A stretch of 64,000 nt of DNA from Parcubacteria group bacterium (lineage in GTDB: Bacteria; Patescibacteriota; Minisyncoccia; Moranbacterales; UBA2206), in contig JBAYWF010000001.1 of NCBI GenBank assembly GCA_041674205.1, positions 149,003-213,002 on the forward strand, written 5' to 3'. The position numbers and the translations under genes were made by a program. The notes beneath the pieces are model-generated. The model was not told the origin of the DNA. It saw only the letters and a program-made list of their open reading frames with translations, and did not search any database. Positions 47,007 through 56,589 of this stretch are shown here, piece by piece. Within the stretch, counting starts at the first letter, position 1; each line of letters opens with the position of its first letter.

Positions 47007-47519
47007 ATGAAAGAGTTCATCCAATCCAGGACATTTAAAATCATAGCGTCCGTCATCGGCGTATTTCTGATCGCGGTCGCCAGTTTCGGAACCGGCGTGG
47101 CGGTCGGTTTGCACAAAGCCAGGTTTTCATCCGACTTCGGCCGGAATTACGAACGCAATTTTATGGGCGGGCGCTTTGATGGCGTACCTGGGCCGATGGG
47201 CGGGCCTGGATTTTTTGACGGATCAAAATATCCGGATAAGATGATGCGCCAATTGGAAGGACGCGATTTGCGCAATGGCCATGGATTGGCCGGAACCGTC
47301 ATTTCCGTCATTGATAATAATATAATCGTCAAAGATAAGGACAATAAGGAAAGCACCGTGGCGGTCAACGATAAGACCTTGATCAAATCCCGCCAGGATG
47401 ATTTGAAAGTGGGCGATCTGAAAACGGATGACCAAATCGTAGTCATAGGGAGTCCCGATGACAACGGGGTTATAAATGCCAGCTTGATCCGGGTATTTAA
47501 TAATAATCAAACCAACTGA
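47007..47519 (+). CDS. small secreted/anchored protein, DUF5666-like (paralog of 50572-51048)
   Basis: Signal-anchor. The C-terminal region GTVISVIDNNIIVKDKDNKESTVAVNDKTLIKSRQDDLKVGDL...DDNGVINASLIRV aligns with the paralog (GQIISKDDKSITVKSQDGSSKIVFFSDSTAIGKA...DLAVGE...ADGSLSAQNIQI). Confidence 0.45.
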   Translation: MKEFIQSRTFKIIASVIGVFLIAVASFGTGVAVGLHKARFSSDFGRNYERNFMGGRFDGVPGPMGGPGFFDGSKYPDKMMRQLEGRDLRNGHGLAGTVISVIDNNIIVKDKDNKESTVAVNDKTLIKSRQDDLKVGDLKTDDQIVVIGSPDDNGVINASLIRVFNNNQTN

Positions 47520-47520
47520 T

Positions 47521-48600
47521 ATGGTAAAAAAACATTATCTCTGGATTTTGGGCGCGCTTGTGATAGCCGGGGGAAGCTATTATTGGTATGTCAAAACGCA
47601 TCCGCAAACCGAAGCGGCGCAGTATAAGACGGCTACCGTGGAGAAAGGCTCTTTGATAAGTTCGGTTTCCGGCAGCGGACAGGCGGAAGCGGTAAGCCAG
47701 GTCGATTTGAAACCGGTCGTAGCCGGTGACGCGATCGATGTCATAAATGTCTATGTGAAGAATGAACAGCCGGTAAAGAAGGGTGAATTGATCGCCCTGT
47801 TGGATAATGAAGACGCGCAAAAAACCGTGCGGAATGCGAAGTTGAATCTGGAGAGCGCCAAGGCTAAATACACCCAAGCCAAAAGGGATTTCGATCACGA
47901 ATCTATAAATAGGCTCAGCTTGGATGGGCAACGGGTGTCTTTGGAACAAAGCAGGAATTCTTTAGCGGACGCGCAGGAAAAATTGAACGATTACTATATC
48001 CGGGCGCCGTTTGACGGGATAGTCACGGGACTCAGCGTCGAAGCCGGTGATTCGGTTTCCCGTTCGGATGTTTTGGCTTCGGTCATCACTAGGGATGTCC
48101 AAGCTAATGTTTCCATCAATGAAATCGATGCGGCCCAGGTGAAAGTCGGCAATAAGGTCATTGTAAAGATAAGCGCGCTTTCCGACGCGACGATTGCCGG
48201 AAAAGTGACCAAGATAGATACGATCGGCCAGATATCCCAGAATGTCGTTTCTTATGACGCCGTAATTTCTTTGGATAACCAAAACGAGCTGTTGAAGCCG
48301 GGAATGAGCGTTTCAGCTTCCGTCATCATAGGCGTCAAGCAGGATGTTATTACGGTGCCGAACAGCGCCATAAAAACGCAAAATGGCAGCAGTTATGTGG
48401 AAGTTTTGAATAGCGGTACGACCCCGCAACAAGTGCCGGTAGAAACCGGGTTGGCTAATAATTCCGATACGGAGATAATCAGCGGCTTGGCTGAAGGCGA
48501 CAAAGTGGTGACGCAGACCGTCAACCCGAGCGCGACCGGTACGGCGGCTACGGGAGGAAGCAGCAGCGTAAGATTGCCCGGATTGGGAGGATTGCATTAA
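47521..48600 (+). CDS. periplasmic adaptor (membrane-fusion, HlyD/MacA family) subunit of ABC exporter
   Basis: N-terminal anchor, lipoyl/biotinyl-like half-motifs flanking a coiled coil (KLNLESAKAKYTQAKRD), and beta-barrel domains. Confidence 0.8.
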   Translation: MVKKHYLWILGALVIAGGSYYWYVKTHPQTEAAQYKTATVEKGSLISSVSGSGQAEAVSQVDLKPVVAGDAIDVINVYVKNEQPVKKGELIALLDNEDAQKTVRNAKLNLESAKAKYTQAKRDFDHESINRLSLDGQRVSLEQSRNSLADAQEKLNDYYIRAPFDGIVTGLSVEAGDSVSRSDVLASVITRDVQANVSINEIDAAQVKVGNKVIVKISALSDATIAGKVTKIDTIGQISQNVVSYDAVISLDNQNELLKPGMSVSASVIIGVKQDVITVPNSAIKTQNGSSYVEVLNSGTTPQQVPVETGLANNSDTEIISGLAEGDKVVTQTVNPSATGTAATGGSSSVRLPGLGGLH

Positions 48601-48615
48601 TCTTAAAAAAAATAA

Positions 48616-49308
48616 ATGATCGAATGCAGGAATTTGGTAAAAATTTATCGTAATGGCGATATGGAAACGATCGCCCTGAAGGGAGTCTCCCTTAAAATCG
48701 GAAAAGGCGAGTTCGTGTCGATCATCGGGCCGTCCGGTTCTGGAAAATCAACCTTGATGCATATTTTGGGCGCGCTTGATTCGCCGACTAGCGGAGAATA
48801 TTTTTTAGATGGTTCGGAAGTTTCCAAGCTTGGTGACGACGAATTGTCCGATATGCGGAGAAACAAAATCGGTTTCGTATTCCAAGCTTTCAATTTGTTG
48901 CCCCGGGCCACGGTTTTGCGCAATGTGATGCTGCCTCTGGTATATTCGAACATATCTTCCAAGGAGCGGGAAGAACGGGCCAGGGAATGTTTGCGTTATG
49001 CCGGGATGGAAGAAAGCAAATTCCACAACCTATCCAACCAATTATCCGGAGGACAGATGCAACGCGTAGCGATCGCGCGCGCTCTCATCAATAATCCCTC
49101 GATCATCCTGGCGGATGAACCGACGGGAAACTTGGATACGAAGACCAGCCAGATCGTTATGGAAACGTTGCGCGAGTTGAATGACAAGGGGCATACGATC
49201 ATAATCATCACCCATGAAAAAGAAATAGCCGATCTGACTGACCGCATAATTTCAGTGCGGGACGGGATAATCGAGTCGGATGCCGTCGTGGACCATAACC
49301 TAGCATAA
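48616..49308 (+). CDS. ABC transporter ATP-binding protein (MacB/LolD family)
   Basis: [10 protein letters not shown] Walker [16 protein letters not shown] signature, and [11 protein letters not shown] Walker B. Confidence 0.9.
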   Translation: MIECRNLVKIYRNGDMETIALKGVSLKIGKGEFVSIIGPSGSGKSTLMHILGALDSPTSGEYFLDGSEVSKLGDDELSDMRRNKIGFVFQAFNLLPRATVLRNVMLPLVYSNISSKEREERARECLRYAGMEESKFHNLSNQLSGGQMQRVAIARALINNPSIILADEPTGNLDTKTSQIVMETLRELNDKGHTIIIITHEKEIADLTDRIISVRDGIIESDAVVDHNLA

Positions 49309-49361
49309 TAAAAAAATCCTGATTACTATCGCGGATCATCATCCGCTAATCGCAAAAAAAT

Positions 49362-50579
49362 ATGTTTGTAGATTTATTCAAGGAAACGCTCTGGTCACTG
49401 GCTGGCAACAAGGTCCGGTCCGGCTTGACGATGTTAGGCATCATAATAGGCATCGCTTCGGTGATCGCTTTGGTGGCGATCGGGCAGGGCGCGCAGAATT
49501 CGATCGAGGCCAATATCCAGGCGATCGGATCGAACTTGATCGTGGTTACGCCCGGAGCCCAAAAAAGCGGCAGCGGTTTGAGCGGCGGACGGGGCAGCGC
49601 GCAGACGCTGACTTTCGAAGATGCCAACGCGATCGCCGACGGGATAACCGATTTGAAGGGCGTGGCGCCGGAAGTTTCCCGGAGATATCAAGTGACAGCC
49701 AAAAGCAATAACACCAATACCCAAATTATCGGAACCGTGCCGGCCTATCCGGCAGTGCGCAATATCAGCGTCGATCTGGGAACGTTCATAACCGGACAGC
49801 AGGTCAAGACATCGGCCAAGGTCGCGGTTTTGGGTTCGACGGCGCGGGACGATCTGTTCGGTGCGGAAGTCGATCCGACCGGCAAGACGATCCGCATCCA
49901 GGATATCGATTTCGATGTCATCGGTGTGATGCTTTCCAAAGGCGGTTCGGGTTTTTCCAATCCGGACGACGCGATTTATATCCCGCTGACCTCCGCCCAA
50001 CATTTCCTCTCCGGCGATGATTACGTATCATCCATCAGCGTGGCGGCTGCGGATCAAAATTCCATCTCGTCCGCCCAACAACAGATCACTGACCTGTTGC
50101 TTGCGCGCCACAAAATTTCCGATCCGAACCAGGCGGATTTCAGTACTATAAACCAATCGGATATCGTAGCTACCGCTTCCAGTATCACGGGCACCTTTAC
50201 GATGCTGCTTTCTTCGATCGCCGGCATCTCGCTGGTGGTCGGCGGAATCGGGATTATGAATATGATGCTGACGACCGTTACGGAACGGACGCGTGAAATC
50301 GGTTTGCGCAAAGCGGTCGGCATCCGCAAAATTTACATCAATCTGCAATTTTTAGCTGAAGCTATCGTGCTGACTTTCTTGGGCGGGGCCGTGGGGATAG
50401 CGCTGGGCTGGGCCGCTTCTTTGATAATTTCCAATCTCATAAGCTTGCAGGCGGAAGTTTCATTGTCTTCGATCTTGTTAGCCTTCGGCGTCTCAGCCGG
50501 GGTGGGAATCATCTTCGGATTTTATCCTGCCCGCAAAGCGGCGGCGATGAGTCCGATCGAGGCATTGCGGTATGAATAA
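49362..50579 (+). CDS. ABC transporter permease (MacB/FtsX-like, 4 TM with large periplasmic loop)
   Basis: N-terminal TM, about 200-aa periplasmic domain, and C-terminal 3 TM helices with the FtsX-type conserved region (MNMMLTTVTERTREIGLRKAVG). Confidence 0.85.
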   Translation: MFVDLFKETLWSLAGNKVRSGLTMLGIIIGIASVIALVAIGQGAQNSIEANIQAIGSNLIVVTPGAQKSGSGLSGGRGSAQTLTFEDANAIADGITDLKGVAPEVSRRYQVTAKSNNTNTQIIGTVPAYPAVRNISVDLGTFITGQQVKTSAKVAVLGSTARDDLFGAEVDPTGKTIRIQDIDFDVIGVMLSKGGSGFSNPDDAIYIPLTSAQHFLSGDDYVSSISVAAADQNSISSAQQQITDLLLARHKISDPNQADFSTINQSDIVATASSITGTFTMLLSSIAGISLVVGGIGIMNMMLTTVTERTREIGLRKAVGIRKIYINLQFLAEAIVLTFLGGAVGIALGWAASLIISNLISLQAEVSLSSILLAFGVSAGVGIIFGFYPARKAAAMSPIEALRYE

Positions 50580-51048
50580 TTTTTTAAATTTAACAAATAT
50601 GGACAACAAAAAAATAATCACCATCGCGATCGTGGCTGTCATCGCGGTCGGAGCGGGAGCGTTTTATGGCGGAACCGCCTATGAAAAAAACAGTCTTTCC
50701 TCCCAGGGCTTGTTGCGTAACTCTAATCCTTCGCAATTCGGCAACCGCGGAGGACAACAGCCGGGGCAGCCTAGGCAAAGCGGGGCGATGGGATCTAATG
50801 GTACAGGCCGGGGAGGGGACCTCGTGACAGGACAGATCATATCCAAGGATGACAAAAGCATTACCGTCAAATCCCAGGACGGGAGTTCCAAGATAGTTTT
50901 TTTCTCCGATTCGACGGCTATCGGCAAAGCTACCCAGGGTTCATCCGCCGATTTGGCCGTTGGTGAAAACGTATTGGCTAATGGCAAGAGCAGCGCGGAC
51001 GGCAGCTTGAGCGCGCAAAACATCCAAATCAGGCCGGCTACGAATTGA
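50572..51048 (+). CDS. small secreted/anchored protein, DUF5666-like (paralog of 47007-47519)
   Basis: See 47007-47519. Gly/Gln-rich linker then the conserved beta-rich C-domain. Confidence 0.45.
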   Translation: MNNFLNLTNMDNKKIITIAIVAVIAVGAGAFYGGTAYEKNSLSSQGLLRNSNPSQFGNRGGQQPGQPRQSGAMGSNGTGRGGDLVTGQIISKDDKSITVKSQDGSSKIVFFSDSTAIGKATQGSSADLAVGENVLANGKSSADGSLSAQNIQIRPATN

Positions 51049-51056
51049 TCCGGATA

Positions 51057-51095
51057 AAAATGATGCGGCGCAAAACGGCCGCATCATTTTTTTAT
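51057..51095 (+). terminator. rho-independent terminator
   Basis: atgatgcggc-gcaaaac-ggccgcatcat followed by ttttttt. Confidence 0.6.
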
Positions 51096-51151
51096 GGCAT
51101 TAGACACTGATTTTAAGAAAAGCTATTATGTATGTAGGTTAATTCCGATAT

Positions 51152-51760
51152 ATGCTTATTGATTTTACGAATTTCCAACAGGCATCCGACTGGGCTATGG
51201 GCCATAGTTATTTTTTTATTTTCCTGATTATGTGTGCGGAAGGACCGATAACCACGGCGGCCGCCGGATTCGCTGCGGCGTTGGGTTATTTCAATCCCTG
51301 GGCGATTTTAGCGATTTCTGTTTTGGGCGATTTGGTGCCGGACTCGATTTACTATCTTTTCGGTTATTTGAGCCGTCTGACTCTGATAGAAAAAATAGGT
51401 TTCCGCTTGGGGCTGACGCAAAGCAGAATAGATAGTCTTGAGGATAAGCTTAAAAAACATTTTGGGAAATCGATGGTTATTTTAAAACTTACTCCGGTAT
51501 TGCCCACTTTCGGTTTTATGCTGGTAGGTTATTTGAAATTATCATTCATAGCGTTCACTAAATTCTCAGCGGCCGTAACCGTGCCTAAGTCCATCCTTTT
51601 TCTGGCATTGGGTTATTTTTTCGGCCGGCTCTATGATATCAACCAATATTTGCATTATGCCGAAATATTTTTCCCAGCGGTCATCGCGGGCGGTATGGTT
51701 GTTTTCGCTATTTATAAAAAAATGATAAACGCGGTCGCTAAAAAAATAGAAAAATTATGA
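51152..51760 (+). CDS. DedA/VTT-domain family membrane protein
   Basis: CAEGPITTAAAGFAAALGYFNPWAILAISVLGDLVPDSIYYLFGY matches the DedA core (F..E..P....AG.....G). Confidence 0.7.
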   Translation: MLIDFTNFQQASDWAMGHSYFFIFLIMCAEGPITTAAAGFAAALGYFNPWAILAISVLGDLVPDSIYYLFGYLSRLTLIEKIGFRLGLTQSRIDSLEDKLKKHFGKSMVILKLTPVLPTFGFMLVGYLKLSFIAFTKFSAAVTVPKSILFLALGYFFGRLYDINQYLHYAEIFFPAVIAGGMVVFAIYKKMINAVAKKIEKL

Positions 51761-52944
51761 AAATAGCGATGTTTTCCGACAATTTTTATCCTGAAATCAG
51801 CGGCATTTCCGATTCGATAATCGCGACAGGGAAGGAGCTAGGAAAACTGGGGCACGAGGTGGCTTTTTTCGTACCGAGCTATTCAAAAAAAAATTATCTT
51901 AGAGTTGGAATCCCGTCAAAGCGGGAAATCGATTTGGGCCATAGCATCGAAGTCCATCGGCTTTTCTCTTTGCCATATCCGGCGCCTACCCAGCAAGCCA
52001 GAATGGTGATTCCGACCGGTTCGTGCCTATTGAAAATCAGGGATTTCAAACCGGACATTATCCATTCGCAGCTTTTCTTCGGTGCCGGGCTGGAAGCTTT
52101 GTTGGCCGCTAAAATTTTCAAGGTTCCGTTCGTCGGCACCAATCATACCGCGATTACGGAGTTCGTCAGATATGCCCCCATAAAGGCCAGGTGGTTGGAA
52201 AAACTCAGCCTGGATTATGTCAATTGGTACTATGGAGAATGTGAAATTACCAGCGCTCCATCCGGATCGGTTTTCGCAGAAATGGAAAAAAGCGGTTTCA
52301 AAGGCGTGCGCAAAGTGGTTTCCAATCCGGTGGATATGGAAGCTTTCAACGTCGTCGCGGATTATGACAAGGATGGGTTGAAAAGAAAGTTCAATTTGAG
52401 CGGCAACGCGGTGGTTTACGCCGGCCGGTTCGCGCCGGAAAAAAACATCGATATCATAGTGCGCGCCATAGCGCTGGCAAAAGGACAAATCCCGGATATT
52501 ACATTGGCGATGGCTGGACATGGCGCATCTTTTGATGATATAAAAAAGCTAGTAACTGATTTAGGGATAGAGGAGAACGTCAGATTTGTCGGTACGTTGA
52601 ATCGTTTCGAGCTGGCTGATTTGTACCGGGCTTCGGAAGTTTTTGCCATCACCAGCACTTCCGAAACGCAAAGTATGACGCTTATCCAAGCAATGGCTTG
52701 CGGTTTGCCGGCGGTCGGAGTGAGGGCGCGGGCCTTGCCGGAATATATCGAGGGCAACGGGCTCTTGGTGGATCCGGGCGATTCAGAATCGCTGGCGGAA
52801 AAAATAGTCGAGCTGCTGCGTAACCATAAGTTGAGAGGTGAATTGTCGGAAAAATCCCTTGGATCAGTGCAAAAATTTTCGGATAGGAATGTCGCCTTGC
52901 AATGGGAAGGGATTTATAAAAAAGTATTAAATGAACGCAAATGA
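51757..52944 (+). CDS. family-4 glycosyltransferase (GT4)
   Basis: GT-B signature ETQSMTLIQAMACGLPAVGV. Start overlaps the upstream stop. Confidence 0.85.
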   Translation: MKIAMFSDNFYPEISGISDSIIATGKELGKLGHEVAFFVPSYSKKNYLRVGIPSKREIDLGHSIEVHRLFSLPYPAPTQQARMVIPTGSCLLKIRDFKPDIIHSQLFFGAGLEALLAAKIFKVPFVGTNHTAITEFVRYAPIKARWLEKLSLDYVNWYYGECEITSAPSGSVFAEMEKSGFKGVRKVVSNPVDMEAFNVVADYDKDGLKRKFNLSGNAVVYAGRFAPEKNIDIIVRAIALAKGQIPDITLAMAGHGASFDDIKKLVTDLGIEENVRFVGTLNRFELADLYRASEVFAITSTSETQSMTLIQAMACGLPAVGVRARALPEYIEGNGLLVDPGDSESLAEKIVELLRNHKLRGELSEKSLGSVQKFSDRNVALQWEGIYKKVLNERK

Positions 52945-53681
52945 AACTGAGTATAATCATACCGGCTTACAATGAAGAGAATTATATCGGGGAATGTTTG
53001 GAATCAATCCAATCTGAAATGGAGGGAAAGACTTATGCCGTTGAAACCATAGTGGTGGACAATGCCAGCACTGACAAGACTGCGGAAACGGCGCGTGCTT
53101 TTCCGGGGGTGAAGGTCGTATATGAGCCGGCCAAAGGATTGACCAGCGCGAGGCGGGCCGGCTATTTGGCGTCCGTCGGCGATTTGGTCGCCAATATCGA
53201 TGCCGACACGAAGCTTCCGGCAGGCTGGATCGACAAGGTTTTCAGCGAGTTTTCCCACAATGGCAAGCTTGTCGCTTTAAGCGGCCCATATATCTATTAT
53301 GATCTTTCGTATCTGCAACGTGGCGCCGTGAAATTTTTTTATTTTTTAGGCTATCTGACGCATATAATCAACCATAAGATTTTGAAAAAAGGGGCGATGC
53401 TCCAAGGAGGAAATTTCATCATCAGAAGATCGGCGTTGGAACGGATCCATGGGTATAATACAAAAATAGATTTTTACGGGGAAGATACGGATGTGGCAAG
53501 AAGGATACAGAAGGTGGGAGAGGTGAAATTCACTTTCGATCTGCCGATGTATACGTCCGGCCGGCGTTTGCGCGCGGAAGGCATCCTAACGATGGCCGTG
53601 CGTTATTTAATCAATTATTTTTGGGTGCTGGTTTTTAAAAAACCATTTACAAAAAAATACAAAGACATAAGAAATGCATAA
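52941..53681 (+). CDS. family-2 glycosyltransferase (GT2)
   Basis: LSIIIPAYNEENYI, IVVDNASTDKT and NIDADT motifs. Confidence 0.8.
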   Translation: MKLSIIIPAYNEENYIGECLESIQSEMEGKTYAVETIVVDNASTDKTAETARAFPGVKVVYEPAKGLTSARRAGYLASVGDLVANIDADTKLPAGWIDKVFSEFSHNGKLVALSGPYIYYDLSYLQRGAVKFFYFLGYLTHIINHKILKKGAMLQGGNFIIRRSALERIHGYNTKIDFYGEDTDVARRIQKVGEVKFTFDLPMYTSGRRLRAEGILTMAVRYLINYFWVLVFKKPFTKKYKDIRNA

Positions 53682-54327
53682 TATAAAAAACATATTTTTA
53701 AAGCATAGGAATTTGTGGAAGAATAAAGAATTTTTGAATTCAGTCTCGACGAGTTTTTTGTTCGTAGCTACCAGCCTGCTGCTGAACCATTTTACGAGCA
53801 TATATGCGACTGGGAGGGCCGGAAACGCGGTGGAGGATATTTTCCTGAGTAATTTGCCGGTATTCAATGTCGATTTGATCGTGAATGAAGGGACTCTCGC
53901 GTTCGTTTTTTTCGTCGCTTGGATGCTTTTTTTAGAGCCGAAAAAAATCCCTTTCACTTTGAAAAGCGTGGCGCTATTATACATAGTCCGTTCGATTTTT
54001 GTGACTATGACCCATTTGGGACCGTTTCCGGAGCGGTCATATCTGGACCCGAACGATTTGCTGTATTCTTTCAATATCGGAGGCGACTATTTTTTCTCAG
54101 GCCATACCAGCTTTCCTTTTTTGGTCGCTTTGGTGTTCTGGGAAAATAAGCGGATCAGATGGATAGCCCTAGGCACTTCAATCATTTTCGGCACGAGTGT
54201 GATCCTGGGCCATCTGCACTATTCAATCGATGTTTTCTCGGCTTTCTTCATTTCCTACGGGGTGTATCATCTGGCGCAGAAATTCTTTGCTAAAGATTTC
54301 GAGATATTCCATCGGGAAGAGAAATAA
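53674..54327 (+). CDS. PAP2-superfamily membrane phosphatase-like protein
   Basis: 6 TM helices, with FFSGHTSFPF (PSGH-like motif 2) and LGHLHYSIDVFSAF (SRx5Hx3D-like motif 3). Confidence 0.5.
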   Translation: MHNIKNIFLKHRNLWKNKEFLNSVSTSFLFVATSLLLNHFTSIYATGRAGNAVEDIFLSNLPVFNVDLIVNEGTLAFVFFVAWMLFLEPKKIPFTLKSVALLYIVRSIFVTMTHLGPFPERSYLDPNDLLYSFNIGGDYFFSGHTSFPFLVALVFWENKRIRWIALGTSIIFGTSVILGHLHYSIDVFSAFFISYGVYHLAQKFFAKDFEIFHREEK

Positions 54328-54377
54328 TCCTTCAAGCGAAGCGGTATGAATTTATAAGCGGGATAATTTATAACCGT

Positions 54378-55088
54378 ATGCGATCAATCCATAAGATGTG
54401 GGCGATTATCATGGTTATCGGCTTGGGAGCCGGACTTTTTTGGGTGAGGAATTTTTACAATCGAAGTCCTGGCACTGTCCCTTCCGGCAATCAATCGCAA
54501 AGCGCGGATACTAATATGTCAGCCGATCAGAATAATGGCGCCAGCGCGCCAGCAAGGCAAGATGTGAATCCGCAAAACCCATATGGTTTCCAGTCGCCAT
54601 TGGATAGGGCTGGGGAGCGGGTCACTAAAAAACCGTTCGGGATATTCATCACTCCGCAAAATTCACCGGTCCAGCCGGAGAAATTCCGCGGCTACCATAC
54701 CGGTGCGGATTTTGAAATCTTCCCGGAAGAATTGAATTTGGACGTTCCGGTGCGCGCGGTATGTCCAGGACGACTGAAAGTCAAAAAATACGCCGACGGT
54801 TATGGCGGAGTGGTTGTTGAAAGTTGCAGTTTGGACGGACAGCTGATTACAGTGGTTTATGGCCACCTTAGGTTGGCAAGCGTGGATTTGGCGGTCGGAT
54901 CCGATTTGAAGGCCGGAGACGTCATCGGGGTTTTGGGAAACGCCTACAGTTCTGAGACCAGCGGGGAGCGCAAGCACCTGCATTTGGGATTCCATAAGGG
55001 ATCCGGCATGAATATTTTGGGTTATGTGCAAAACCAATCGGAGCTTTCGGGTTGGATCGATCCATGCTTGTATGTTTGCCATAATTGA
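54378..55088 (+). CDS. M23-family metallopeptidase (LytM-like)
   Basis: Signal-anchor, then YHTGADFEI (HxxxD) and ERKHLHLGF (HxH) zinc-ligand motifs. Confidence 0.85.
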   Translation: MRSIHKMWAIIMVIGLGAGLFWVRNFYNRSPGTVPSGNQSQSADTNMSADQNNGASAPARQDVNPQNPYGFQSPLDRAGERVTKKPFGIFITPQNSPVQPEKFRGYHTGADFEIFPEELNLDVPVRAVCPGRLKVKKYADGYGGVVVESCSLDGQLITVVYGHLRLASVDLAVGSDLKAGDVIGVLGNAYSSETSGERKHLHLGFHKGSGMNILGYVQNQSELSGWIDPCLYVCHN

Positions 55089-55178
55089 AAGACAAAAACC
55101 AACAAACCGTCCCTGGTTCAAGCCGGTTTATCGGTCAATATGTAGTTTTGGATTATTAAGCAGGAAAGAACTTGGGTT

Positions 55179-55499
55179 TTAAGACTTATTTTTCACTTTC
55201 AGGGCGCTCATCGTCTTACCGGAAATTTTTCCAGTAGCTTTAACTACGTCATCGCTCCGGATGTCGGTGATTTTTATCGCTTTTCCGGTCTTGCTTAGAA
55301 GATCGGTGTCCGGGTTTATCTTGACCGTGTAGGTCGTCTTCTTGGTTTTCAAGCTGAATGATCCGTTTGAAACCGAAATCACCGTGCCTGATATGACGCT
55401 GCTATATTTGCTGGTTTTGGCGCCGGCTTCGGTAGCTATGCCTGAAATAAGCATCGCGACCGCCAAGGTGGAGAATATTAATTTTTTTGAATTTTGCAT
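55179..55499 (-). CDS. small secreted protein, DUF5666-like third paralog
   Basis: Signal peptide, then GTVISVSNGSFSLKTKKTTYTVKINPDTDLLSK...ITDIRSDDVVKATG, matching the pattern of 47007 and 50572. Confidence 0.45.
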   Translation of the reverse strand: MQNSKKLIFSTLAVAMLISGIATEAGAKTSKYSSVISGTVISVSNGSFSLKTKKTTYTVKINPDTDLLSKTGKAIKITDIRSDDVVKATGKISGKTMSALKVKNKS

Positions 55500-55947
55500 A
55501 GTGTCCGTTTAATTTTTAAAGTCTATTTGGTTTTGTCTGCAGCCCTTTCCGTTTAGCTGGCAATTTATTGCGATGTTTTTCAAATTTTGAAAAACCTTAT
55601 GGATAAATCGGAAATTGGAACCATCTTTCTGATTTCCGTGGCTGTCGCGCGAATAAGGCCTTTTTTCTTGCCTGATATATATTTTCTGGCGTATGGTCGG
55701 GCGAATAGCGCTTGTCACAGCGGATTTTCCCCGGCCTGCTTATTTAATAAAAAAAGAAAAATTATAGGCAAAAAATCGTACTATGCGCACGCATAATAAA
55801 TACAACAGGCGGGATAGTTTATTGCAAAAAAACATCCTGCGTCCGCTCTTTGGCTTAAACGCGGGCATAGGTGGGATGCTTCTCTTGAGGTGGGTAGTAT
55901 GCTAAAATAAAATAAGATTTTTTAATATTTTTAAGCTGTATATTTTT

Positions 55948-56325
55948 ATGCAAGACATGCAAACCGTATTCAATGAGATCCGCGAAATGAAGAAGGAGAT
56001 GAAGGGGATCCGCGAAATGTATAAGGACGCGTTGGCCCAGACGGATGATTACTCCGAAATCGTGGAAAAGGCCAAGGAATTGCGCGACAAGAAAAAACAG
56101 ATCGAAACCCGGGTGCAAAACGCGATGGGCAAATCCTATGAGAAATATGAAGATTTGAAGAGCGAAGTGGCTGCCAACGAGGAACTGTTGAACGATATCG
56201 CGATGACGACTTTGATGGACGGCAAGACCGTCGAAGTGGTGGATGAGTTCAGTAATAAATATGAGCCTACGTATGTAGTACGTTTCAAGAAGACCAATGA
56301 AATCAAAACTGAGGAAAATAAATAA
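55948..56325 (+). CDS. hypothetical coiled-coil protein
   Basis: 125-aa charged helical ORF. Confidence 0.4.
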   Translation: MQDMQTVFNEIREMKKEMKGIREMYKDALAQTDDYSEIVEKAKELRDKKKQIETRVQNAMGKSYEKYEDLKSEVAANEELLNDIAMTTLMDGKTVEVVDEFSNKYEPTYVVRFKKTNEIKTEENK

Positions 56326-56341
56326 ATAATTTTTCAAAAAT

Positions 56342-56539
56342 ATGGTAAAAAATGAAAGCGGCATTGACCGGATCGTCCGGGCGATCGCGGGAATCGCGTT
56401 GGTTGCGGCAGCTTTCCTGTTGGACGCCAATAGGTTTACCGTAGCTTTCTATGTGGTGGGCGTGGTTTTGATCATAACCGCCATTACCGGCTTCTGTGCC
56501 TTGTACAAGGTTTTCGGGATCGACACAAGCAAGAGATAA
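56342..56539 (+). CDS. DUF2892-family small inner-membrane protein (YgaP-like)
   Basis: SGIDRIVRAIAGIALVAAAFL...ITAITGFCALYKVFGIDT is the typical DUF2892 pattern (two TM helices, conserved G.C.LY). Confidence 0.7.
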   Translation: MVKNESGIDRIVRAIAGIALVAAAFLLDANRFTVAFYVVGVVLIITAITGFCALYKVFGIDTSKR

Positions 56540-56555
56540 CTGCCGGGAAATGAAA

Positions 56556-56587
56556 AAGACGGGCCAGTGAGGTCCGTCTTTTTTGAT
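56556..56587 (+). terminator. rho-independent terminator
   Basis: agacgg-gccagtgaggt-ccgtct followed by tttttt. Confidence 0.6.
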
Positions 56588-56589
56588 TT

